From Trichomonas gallinae (taxonomy: Eukaryota): DNA of 20,000 bases. Positions 9,638 to 18,922 of this stretch are shown here, piece by piece. Position 1 is the stretch's first letter. Each line of letters opens with the position of its first letter. A model generated the notes under the pieces. The model was not told the origin of the DNA and did no database searches. It saw only the letters and a program-made list of their open reading frames with translations. The DNA lies in assembly GCA_008369845.1 (NCBI GenBank), contig MRSU01005533.1, positions 50,685-70,684 of the forward strand, written 5' to 3'. Both the position numbers and the translations under genes were made by a program.

Positions 9638-9920
9638 ATAAATTTTACACGTCAAAAATATTAATGATTTTCAAGTGGAGATTTCCAGAATTAAAATCAA
9701 TATAGAAGTCAGGATTTACGAGATAAATTATCGTAAAATCATCAATTAAAGTATGTACATCAATAGTTCGGTATGATAGATAGAAGTTTTATTATTATGG
9801 AATCAAAGTTTATTATTCAATAAGGGAATTTCATTTTAGTCTTTCATGTCTTGATATATGAAGATATATAAAACTCATTTTGATTGGTAAGTAAAAAAAG
9901 AAACATTTAATTTTATTTTG

Positions 9921-11567
9921 TTAAATTCCATACACTTTGTTTGTGCAAAGCTTCAAGTAACGTGCTGCCTCGTGAAGATCCTGCTCAACACCTTCGCCAT
10001 TCTTAAGCATTACACCGTAATAGTACTGAGCGAGCTCTTTTCCTGCATCTGCTGCCTTCTTCATCCAAATAGCAGCTTCCTCGAGATCCGGTGGTACTCC
10101 AGTGCCTCCTTCTCTGAGTAATTTCGCTAAAGCGAGCATTGCTTTTTCTTCGCCCAATTCAGCAGCCTTCTTAAGATAGCTGAGGGCTTCTCTGTCATTC
10201 TGCTCGACGCCGTCACCGTGCAAAAGCATTGTTCCGTAGTTATACATCGCTTCTTTGACATTTGCGTCTGCTGCTTGTTTGTAGTAGGCGGCTGCACTCG
10301 ATTTATCCTCTCTAATACCATTGCCGCGGTCCAAGCACAAAGCGAAGTTGTATTGAGCTGGTGCGATATCATTATCAGCAGCTCCTCTGTAATAGTTAAC
10401 AGCGAGCTCAGGATTCTTGTTGACACCGATGCCGTTGTTAAGATAGTAACCGTACGAGAACATAGCTGGTGGATATCCTGCATCTGCAGCTAATTTCATG
10501 TATTTAGCCGCATAAACTTGATCTGCTTGCAATACATCTTGTACTCCATCGCATAGAAGCTTCGCGTATGTATATTGAGCTGGATGGAAACTTTGATCAG
10601 CGGCAGCCTTAATGTAGCGGATTCCGAGGTCAACATCTGTGTCTTCTGCATGTCCTTCGTATATTAAGTTGCCGTAGTGATACATTGCTTCAACAATTTT
10701 GCGTTCTGCACAAATTTTGAAATATTTTGCAGATTCGTCTAAGTCAACTTGTACTCCAACACCGTCCTTTAGCATCATTGCATATCTGAACATCGATGGA
10801 AGATATCCGTTGTTCGCTGAATCTCTGTAATAAGGAACTGCACATTCAATCTCAGCATCCTGTATTTCATTGTTCATAATCATTTCGGCGTAGGCATACA
10901 TGGCTGGATTGAAGCCTTTATCAGCCGCTGATTTGATATAACGAGCTGCTAATTTTGGATTTGCGTTTATTCCTTCTCCTTTCTTTAACAGTAAGGCGTA
11001 TTCGTATGCAGCTGGAGCAAACTTTAAGTCTGCTGCAGATTTGAAGCATTTAGCCGCTTTATACATGTCGGCTTCACCGAATAAAGCATGTTGATAAGCA
11101 AAACCGAGTCCATAACCAGCAAGCATAAAGCCTTCGTGGTATGCGTGCTTGTAGTACTTGCATGCTTTGCTTACATTCATTTTAACTCCGCATCCAGTGA
11201 ATAAAAGTGATCCGTAGTTATTTTGTGCCTCTGGGAGGCCTTTGTTAGCTGCAGTCTCGAAGTAATGGACAGCATTAAACGTATCTTTGTCCACTTCCTC
11301 ACCAAGCCAATATAAAACACCGAGATTAAATGTCGAGAAGATATTGCTGAGTTTTACAGCGTTCAACAGATACTGGATAGCCTCTTTAACGTCTTTCTTG
11401 ACGAATTTTCCTGTTAGTAAAAGAACAGCGTAATTATTCATCGCGGCAGAGTCTCCGGCATCGGCAAGGTCCTTAGTTTTCTTCGCTGCGTCTTTGTCAG
11501 CCGGAAATGTGACTGTTGTGTCGGGAAGATACTCTGTGAAATATGGTGGCTCAATTACTTCTGTCAT
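9921..11567 (-). CDS. Sel1-like repeat protein
   Basis: 548 aa made almost entirely of ~36-aa repeats such as AQYNFALCLDRGNGIREDKSSAAAYYKQAAD and AMYNYGTMLLHGDGVEQNDREALSYLKKAAELG. No obvious signal peptide or TM segment. Confidence 0.93.
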   Translation of the reverse strand: MTEVIEPPYFTEYLPDTTVTFPADKDAAKKTKDLADAGDSAAMNNYAVLLLTGKFVKKDVKEAIQYLLNAVKLSNIFSTFNLGVLYWLGEEVDKDTFNAVHYFETAANKGLPEAQNNYGSLLFTGCGVKMNVSKACKYYKHAYHEGFMLAGYGLGFAYQHALFGEADMYKAAKCFKSAADLKFAPAAYEYALLLKKGEGINANPKLAARYIKSAADKGFNPAMYAYAEMIMNNEIQDAEIECAVPYYRDSANNGYLPSMFRYAMMLKDGVGVQVDLDESAKYFKICAERKIVEAMYHYGNLIYEGHAEDTDVDLGIRYIKAAADQSFHPAQYTYAKLLCDGVQDVLQADQVYAAKYMKLAADAGYPPAMFSYGYYLNNGIGVNKNPELAVNYYRGAADNDIAPAQYNFALCLDRGNGIREDKSSAAAYYKQAADANVKEAMYNYGTMLLHGDGVEQNDREALSYLKKAAELGEEKAMLALAKLLREGGTGVPPDLEEAAIWMKKAADAGKELAQYYYGVMLKNGEGVEQDLHEAARYLKLCTNKVYGI

Positions 11568-12244
11568 TTATAAAAACCAATTGTTTTGCGTTTTTTTGCG
11601 TTATCAAAAGCTTTACACCCGACACTTTACAATTTACATGGCAGATGTGGATATCACTCAATAATAATATTCATTATAACACGATCAATTGATATATAAC
11701 AGGCAACTAAGATCCAAAACCGAATTGTTTTTGCTCAATTTCAATCATATCTGCATTTGACACTTTACAAATCACATGACAAAAAATCAATATTATCATT
11801 CTTAACTAATTTATCATATATACTATGTGAAAAATAGAGGTGTAGAAACGACTATAGAAATGACGTTAAAATCTTATCGATCTTAAATTTTATCGTTTAT
11901 CACAGAAAAATTGAATTAAATTCTGATGTCAGAGAATTTGAATCAAGTTCGTTTTGACATCCGACCGTTTACATATTACATGACAAATTTCAAGAATACC
12001 CAGATTGATGTTATTAAGACTCAGATTTATCTATTCAAGTAATTATCTATTATTTCACATAGGTTTGACTTCATGTTTGCAAAATTATTATTCCGGAAAA
12101 CATATTTTTCCCATTAAATTAACATTAGAGCATCAAGCAGCCTTTATTAGAGTAATTTCTGTGCATTATTCCATAGAATATAATTAAAAAGTCTAATGAA
12201 ATTAAAAATAAACAAATTTCAAACAGACTTTATAATATCGCAGT

Positions 12245-13282
12245 TTACTCTATAAGTGAAAAAGTAATATTGAAAGGAAGAAGCTGGTCGTCAACTTCTT
12301 CATAATAAAATGTAGATTCAAAGCGCTTTTGATGGCTTTCGATGATCCATTCTGGAAGACAGATTCTTCTATGTAAGCCGAAACCTCCCTTAATGCTTTC
12401 AAATGTCTTAATTGTAACTTTCGAAGTTTCATTATTAATCAATGCAATGGAAGCTGGGTTATGTCTTCCTGAATAATTGCATGATGAAAAAACAGTCAAG
12501 CAGCCGCCTTCTTCTCCGAAGTCGTATCTAAAACCATTTTCGCAGTATGAATGGCCGCGAATCAACATTTTGAGGTTGTTCTCGTTTAGAAACGTTTGCA
12601 AAGCTTGCTGACCGAACTTATGACCTAAATTCCTCTCGCTATGACTAAAGTTTTTCACATTAGGGGATGGATCACTCCAAAGAAGGTCTGTGATGTCACC
12701 TGAAACCTTTGTTTGCTTCTCGAAATCATACATTTCTGAAATAGTATGGATTTTTGGAGAAATTCCTCCATGGACACAAATAAATTGGCCATTGACTATA
12801 GCAACAACAGGCATCTTGCCGAAGCTCTTGATAAAGCGCTTATAGACGTTGTTGTTCAGTCTATATACGCAGTCGTCACGGAAACCGTACATCTTCGTCA
12901 CAGATGCAGTTTCGTGATTTCCTCTTAGAAGATAAATGTTCTGTGGGAATTTGATCTTCATAGAGTAGAGGAACACGAGAACCTCTAAAGAATAACATCC
13001 ACGGTCCACATAGTCTCCCAGAAGGATATATGATGTCTTTGGAGGATATCCTTGCGTTTCGAATATCCTTATCAAGTCATCGACGTTCCCATGGATGTCA
13101 CCAATGACAACGAAGTCTCCGGAAAGATTGATCGCAAAGTTTTCTATCTTCATCAATTTTGCAGCTTCGTTGACAATGGAAAGGACCAATGATTCATCGA
13201 TCCTGTCTATCGTGTGCTTATCCTCTCCCATGCGGTCAAACAAAATCTTTGAGATAACCTCGCTAACTTCGTCATCGCGCAT
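12245..13282 (-). CDS. Ser/Thr protein phosphatase, PPP family (PP1/PP2A-like catalytic subunit)
   Basis: GDIHG, GDYVDRG, LLRGNHE, VHGG, DLLWSDP, IRGH and TVFSSCNY motifs. ATG at 13282 (the track start at 13285 is TTG). Inr TCATT at 13290-13294. The stop forms TAAA. Confidence 0.95.
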   Translation of the reverse strand: MRDDEVSEVISKILFDRMGEDKHTIDRIDESLVLSIVNEAAKLMKIENFAINLSGDFVVIGDIHGNVDDLIRIFETQGYPPKTSYILLGDYVDRGCYSLEVLVFLYSMKIKFPQNIYLLRGNHETASVTKMYGFRDDCVYRLNNNVYKRFIKSFGKMPVVAIVNGQFICVHGGISPKIHTISEMYDFEKQTKVSGDITDLLWSDPSPNVKNFSHSERNLGHKFGQQALQTFLNENNLKMLIRGHSYCENGFRYDFGEEGGCLTVFSSCNYSGRHNPASIALINNETSKVTIKTFESIKGGFGLHRRICLPEWIIESHQKRFESTFYYEEVDDQLLPFNITFSLIE

Positions 13283-13944
13283 CAAAGAGAATGAAAATAG
13301 TAAACGAAAACTTTTGGCGTAGGAACGGCAATAAGGTGTGGAATTGATAAATACTGGTTTTGGACGATTTTGTCGAAATTTCGTTAAATGTTTCCTGGGA
13401 AATTTAAAAATACTGCGTGGTTATTGTTAAGAGCAATGTAATAAACACAAATTTTTGATCAAAAGCGATTTTTGTCCTGATTTCTGTTTGGTTATATGAA
13501 TTTCTGAAGAGTTTTTCGATTTCTGAGATAATATTCATTAATTAATGATCATAGATATTCATATTATGGTTAAAAATCATCAAAAACTAAACTGACAGTT
13601 TACATGTCAATTTCATGAAAAAACAAAATTAAACATTACGGTTTAGCAATATATAAAGCACAGATGATATAAATGAATATTTTTGAGTTCATTTTGAAAA
13701 TCATCGATTTTTATCAATATTTCATTTTTAAAAATACGATCGATTCATCATCGAAGTTCATCGAATGAGTCTGCTTCGAAGAGAAACCAATAAATGTAAA
13801 GTTTCAGCAGTTATTAACTATTAACAATTTTATGAGATTAAATTATTTTACAATATTTACCTGTGACTTAGATGTATGGCATTTGCTGCTACTGATAAAG
13901 CAAAAAAATTATTAATTTATTTTCCGGTTTACTAATTAATGAAA

Positions 13945-16900
13945 TTAATTTCCAGTGATCACAAGTGTCCTTGTGACTTCTTGTGGAGAATCGAGTCCTT
14001 CAGAGTCCTTAATACGGAAGTAGACGTCGTATGCTCCTGCCTGGATGCTCGATGGGACTTTCCAGTGGAAAGCATATGGGAAGTCTTCACCATTACCTGG
14101 GTTCTTCTCAAGTCTTGCAACCTTGTCGCCATACTGTGAGTCTTTGCCAATCCTGACGAAAACATCGATGAAATCGTTTTGGACATCATTAAACACGACA
14201 TAACAAAGTAGAGTATCGTCAGAGTGAGCAGACTTCTTTGAGATGCCTGCTTCAAGGAGATTTGGTGGACTGTATTCGTTGAGGTTGAATGTTTTGATTA
14301 TCTTTTCTGATACTGCTTCTCTGTCCTTCGCATAAATCATGATCTCATAGTCGAAATCTGATGGTGTAATTAAGTCGAAACTAACTTCGAAACTGAAATC
14401 AGCTTTACCATCATTCAGTTGAACAGTTGCTCCAAGTCTCTCTGCACCTAAAATCATGCGGCTTCCAGACTTAAGGAATCGGTAGTAAATACCAACTTCG
14501 TTGGCGTCTTTGTCACTAACTGAACCTGAGATTTTCATCTTTTCCTTGTTATGATACCAGAGCTTTTCATTCTCTAATGCCTTCATTTCGTTAAGTGTCA
14601 ATGTTGGCGAATCTGTCAAGTAAACTGTCTTTTGTATTATATTAGAAGGGAATCTTGTTGTCTGGTCTTGCTCAACTGCATGAATAGAAACTTTATAAGT
14701 CTGCCTGTTGTTTGATCTATCGAACGTTGTCTTGAATTCTTCTGTCATTTTGTTACCATTCATTGTGATATTACGCTCAACAGCTGGCTTATCATCTTCT
14801 TTGATGATAAGCTTGAAGTTCTCGTTCGTGTCTGCATCCTTAATCAAAATGCTCATTGTTGGAGATGCGTCGTTAGTGTCGTAGTGGTCCTTCCAGACTG
14901 TGTTATCGAGTAATCTTGCGGGTGTCTTGACTTTATCGTATCCAGCAAATACGATGGCGAATGTTACTGAGGACTCACCCGGGATTACGCATTCTGTCCA
15001 TGATAGGCCGTACTGAGTTCCGGTGCCTGATTTGGATGTAAAGAATGGGATTTTTGCATATGGGAATGAATCGCCCGTTCTTGGAACATTGCCGATGTAC
15101 TTGATGTTTGCGCCAATGTTGTTGTAATAGTCAGAAACGAAAACAGTGTAGCGAATGTTTTCGTTAGTGATAATAATGCTTCTGGCATCATCTGTGATTG
15201 TAACTTTGTCAGATGCTAAGCCTGTGTCTCCGAAAAGACTCAAGTCAAATCTTCTCTCGAAATATCCCTTGTTTGTGACCTTGAAAGCAGCTTTCAAGAA
15301 GCCTGTGTTTGGTTCTTCTGAAATTGTGAATTCAACTGCGAAGTTGTCGAGGACCTGTCCATTGTTGGAGCGCTTAAGCTGATGTTCCGTAGGTCTTGCT
15401 CCATCAATGCCTTGATACGTCTTGACTTTGCAGAAGAAGCCTTCATCGTTGAACGTCATTGATCTAAAGATTCCATTCGTGTCATTGTACTTAAGGTTGA
15501 ACAAAGCTTCGCTGGACTTAGTGTCGCTTGTGGCATCAATAATCTTTGCGATAGTTGCAGGTGGCTGTGGCGCTGATGGATCCCATACAACTTTCGTTAT
15601 TGTTGTGTTACTAGCCGATGTGATGCCATCTTCATCTTGTGCATAGAATGTGAAGTCAGAATGACCAACTGGCCTTGATGGCAAGGTATAGAAGAAAGCA
15701 AATGGCTTTGGTGGGTTTGTTGCAGTGAAGTTTCCAACCCATTTAGGCTCTCCATCGATAATAATGTAAACTGAAACAACGGAATCAACGTTAGGATCAC
15801 TGCCTTCACCGAAGATAACAACTTTGTTGCCTTTATCAGCCTCAAGCCTATCTGCAGAGAAATAAATCTGCTTGATGAATGGACGGCTTGCCTCTTTGTA
15901 TGTAATCATATAATGATATTCTTTGGATCGGATCTTAAGATCATCTGCGGCATAAAGCGTCACCGTGTGCTCTTGACCAATGGCAAGGTCGCTCGGGAAT
16001 AGCAGGTTGAAATTATACTCATAATTACCAGGTTCAGCATGTGCTGCATGCACTGGTTCCCTATTATCCCACTTGTAGTAGATATCAACGTAGCTACCAT
16101 CCAAAACTTGTCCCTCGACAAAAATGTATTCATCGCCGTAAAAGTATTTTGTATTATTTTCAGGGCCTTTTGTGACCGAGAAATATGGTGGTTGATTGCC
16201 TTCATATATAATTGTTTTTTCAGGTGTTTTGTCTGACATAACATTGTCTGGGATTGTTACCGCGTATGCTTGATATATGAATCTTGGTTCGCTATCTTTG
16301 AATTTGGCATGGCAATTCATAGTTTTTGTTGTTACGTCATCGCCATTAAATGTTTCGGTACCACAATCGATCACATCATTGACATGGTTTTTGTCTTGAA
16401 GTTTAAGATTAACTTTTTTAGCTTCATACTCGGTAACCTCGAATTGAAGGTCGAATTCTTTAGGGAAATCAAATCTTTCTTTTGTAGTTTCTTTAACTTT
16501 TGGCTTGAGCTTGAAATTGTCTCCAAAATAAATCATGAAACCATATTTTTCTGGTTCTACTCCAGGACCATCTGGCGGTAAAACTATGCCTTGCCAGCTA
16601 AAGCCAAGTGCTGAACTTCTTTTACCATCAGTTTCGGAAAGTTCTGAATTTTCGAAATACGGATGTTTGTCATGTGGTTGGCTATCATCATAGTAGCCCA
16701 AATAAATGGTATCAACATCGCGTCCTTTAGTACCAATAGAATGTTTCTTGAACAAAAATGATACGTTTCTCTCTCCCGCATCGTACCTGACTGCATTGCC
16801 GTTAAATGTCTTGACTAACTTAATATTATTACCCCATGAACTGTACATTGCATTTCCGTAAAATCCAAGATCAATTTTTCTTGGGTAGTTTAAGAAATTC

Positions 16901-17241
16901 TTGACCCAGAATGTCATTTCCATTGCATTCTTTTCGGGATAATAAATTGCATCGTAATAAACGCATACTTTATCTGTTTGAGCATTTCCCCAAACCCATT
17001 TGGAATTTTCATGATACCCAGATTGTGAGTTCATTATTTGCGTTACTGGATTTTGACCATTTTGATCATATTTTCGAATTGCACCATAAAAGGCCTTATT
17101 AATCAATCCTTTACAGTCGGATGGATTTTTATCATCACGCACACAGTTATTAAATACTGCTTCTCTGTTGCCTAGATCCTTCCAAACAACTACCTCATTT
17201 GGAGTAGCAGTGTTTGCTTGACTGAGAAGCAGCACAAACAT
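13945..17241 (-). CDS. Large secreted/surface protein (Bap-like/Ig-like beta-rich domains) built from two homologous halves
   Basis: 1098 aa. Short trichomonad-type signal MFVLLLSQA. Ig/cadherin-like strand patterns (GSVSDKDA, HTVTLYAADD, FTFYAQDEDG, YDVYFRIKDSEG). No C-terminal TM segment. Confidence 0.75.
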   Translation of the reverse strand: MFVLLLSQANTATPNEVVVWKDLGNREAVFNNCVRDDKNPSDCKGLINKAFYGAIRKYDQNGQNPVTQIMNSQSGYHENSKWVWGNAQTDKVCVYYDAIYYPEKNAMEMTFWVKNFLNYPRKIDLGFYGNAMYSSWGNNIKLVKTFNGNAVRYDAGERNVSFLFKKHSIGTKGRDVDTIYLGYYDDSQPHDKHPYFENSELSETDGKRSSALGFSWQGIVLPPDGPGVEPEKYGFMIYFGDNFKLKPKVKETTKERFDFPKEFDLQFEVTEYEAKKVNLKLQDKNHVNDVIDCGTETFNGDDVTTKTMNCHAKFKDSEPRFIYQAYAVTIPDNVMSDKTPEKTIIYEGNQPPYFSVTKGPENNTKYFYGDEYIFVEGQVLDGSYVDIYYKWDNREPVHAAHAEPGNYEYNFNLLFPSDLAIGQEHTVTLYAADDLKIRSKEYHYMITYKEASRPFIKQIYFSADRLEADKGNKVVIFGEGSDPNVDSVVSVYIIIDGEPKWVGNFTATNPPKPFAFFYTLPSRPVGHSDFTFYAQDEDGITSASNTTITKVVWDPSAPQPPATIAKIIDATSDTKSSEALFNLKYNDTNGIFRSMTFNDEGFFCKVKTYQGIDGARPTEHQLKRSNNGQVLDNFAVEFTISEEPNTGFLKAAFKVTNKGYFERRFDLSLFGDTGLASDKVTITDDARSIIITNENIRYTVFVSDYYNNIGANIKYIGNVPRTGDSFPYAKIPFFTSKSGTGTQYGLSWTECVIPGESSVTFAIVFAGYDKVKTPARLLDNTVWKDHYDTNDASPTMSILIKDADTNENFKLIIKEDDKPAVERNITMNGNKMTEEFKTTFDRSNNRQTYKVSIHAVEQDQTTRFPSNIIQKTVYLTDSPTLTLNEMKALENEKLWYHNKEKMKISGSVSDKDANEVGIYYRFLKSGSRMILGAERLGATVQLNDGKADFSFEVSFDLITPSDFDYEIMIYAKDREAVSEKIIKTFNLNEYSPPNLLEAGISKKSAHSDDTLLCYVVFNDVQNDFIDVFVRIGKDSQYGDKVARLEKNPGNGEDFPYAFHWKVPSSIQAGAYDVYFRIKDSEGLDSPQEVTRTLVITGN

Positions 17242-17882
17242 GAAATATTTTGATTTTGAAAATCAATTCAAAATATTTGTGTGATTTTCTCAATTTTTCA
17301 TTATAGAAATATCGGATATACTTAAACATATTGAAGTATATTTGTTACTTATCTGTTCAACGTTGAAAGGCAAAAAATTGAAAGTACTGAAAACAGGTTA
17401 TACTCCTTGCATTATACTATATTGTTTTAACAGAAAATTTCTAAATATTTATCTGGCAAATATCTTTTGAATCACCATCAAATTTAATTATTCGCAGTTA
17501 TTTTCATTATTCGCATAATAGAATAATTTACTAAAAAACCCATCAAAATTGACATAAAAACTATAAAATTAGGTCTGATTTCACATTTCCATACGTGTTT
17601 TTATGTAAAATCATTTTTGCTAAAATAGTATTATTCATAGGCCATTATATATTTTTCATTCATCCAAAATCAAATGGCAATTATAAGTTATGTAAACATT
17701 ACAAAAATAATTTCAGTAGTTTTGACTCAATACATCATAATCCAGCTCATTAATGATCAATAAACGATAAAAAATTGTGATGAGCTTCGATTTTTTTAAT
17801 AGAATTTTTTTTTTTCAATCAAAACTTAAGTCCAATTAATATCTAATCACACCAAATTTCGGCATTTTTTTCTTTTCCATAA

Positions 17883-18050
17883 GGATGTCACTTTGGAAGA
17901 ACCTTAGGAAAATGCAAAAACGCCTACAAACCAAACATCCAAGGGACGATTATTTATGTAAAAATTTTGTAAAATACGAAAAAAACCATGATTTTACCCA
18001 TTAAAATCACTTATTTTCCAAAGTCATAATTATCTTCCAAAACGACATCC
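17883..18050. mobile_element. 168-bp non-autonomous TIR element (MITE-like), possibly Kolobok-type
   Basis: Left GGATGTCACTTTGGAAGA (17883-17900) and right TCTTCCAAAACGACATCC (18033-18050) are inverted at 16/18. Flanks are ATAA (17879-17882) and TTAA (18051-18054). Subterminal repeats of the TTGGAA(A/G)A-like core occur at both ends. Confidence 0.7.
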
Positions 18051-18837
18051 TTAATGTCAGTATACCAATTGTCAAGGCAATTTTGAACGTGTGGAGGTTT
18101 GAAAAAGTTTTTCAGACATTTCTCGTTTTTCATCTTATCGTGCCCGAGTAAAATTTTACCTGACCCGATAATATGCATACTGAGCGTTCATTCCAAAATG
18201 ATGGTGTAACATTTCAAAGATCACCTATTTTCAGCAGTAAGATATTTGACACTTTACATGTCAACTTTCTCCATTTTCATTTTTCCAATGCAGCTTTGTT
18301 ACTTTCTCATTCCAGAATTGAGGAAAGTAAGGAGTAACCCTTGATATTTCAATCTAAATAATCTTTTTTATTTTATATATTACAAATGAGAAAATATTGC
18401 TTATTTCAATCCTGAAATTTCGTGAGTTATGACTAAAAATAAAACATATTATGCACTACCAGGCATAATGAAGCAAAAAGATCAGTCTTCCTCGTACATT
18501 ACTCCTAATCGAATATATTACTGAGCATTTTAATATGATGTTTCAAGATTTTCTTTTTTTTTTATGTTTGAAATTCATAGACAACTATAGTGTTCTTCAA
18601 ATTTTCATTATAATTCTCAATATCAACCACAAAAATACTTGAACAAAATTGCAGATATTGTTTTACTTGGTGGTTATCATTTTGGCAAAAAAGTCTCTTT
18701 ACACCAAGATCATTCATATTTGTGATCTGAGCACGGATATAGACAGAATTATTTGCGATTTATTTTAAATTAGACAAATAACACAAAATATTTATACCGC
18801 AGCTACAAATATAGCTCTATATCAATTTGTTTTATGC

Positions 18838-18922
18838 TAGTGTCGTAGTGGTCCTTCCAGTCTGTGTTATCGTGTAATCTTGATCTAAAGATTCCATTAT
18901 GGTTGAACAAAGCTTCGCTGGA
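18838..18922 (-). pseudogene. Patchwork remnant of the adjacent 1098-aa gene (three fused fragments)
   Basis: 18838-18882 = 14874-14918 (43/45); 18880-18898 = 15459-15477 (19/19); 18897-18922 = 15491-15516 (25/26). Same order and orientation as in the gene. Confidence 0.9.

Noticed and set aside
691..17241. Idea that these genes form an operon-like or bacterial defence system
   Set aside because: Unrelated eukaryotic families separated by long AT-rich spacers with individual Inr-type promoters. No evidence of shared function apart from the upstream motif.
17885..18004. 39-codon ORF MSLWKNLRKMQKRLQ... inside the TIR element
   Set aside because: Too short, begins within the TIR, and shows no transposase motif.
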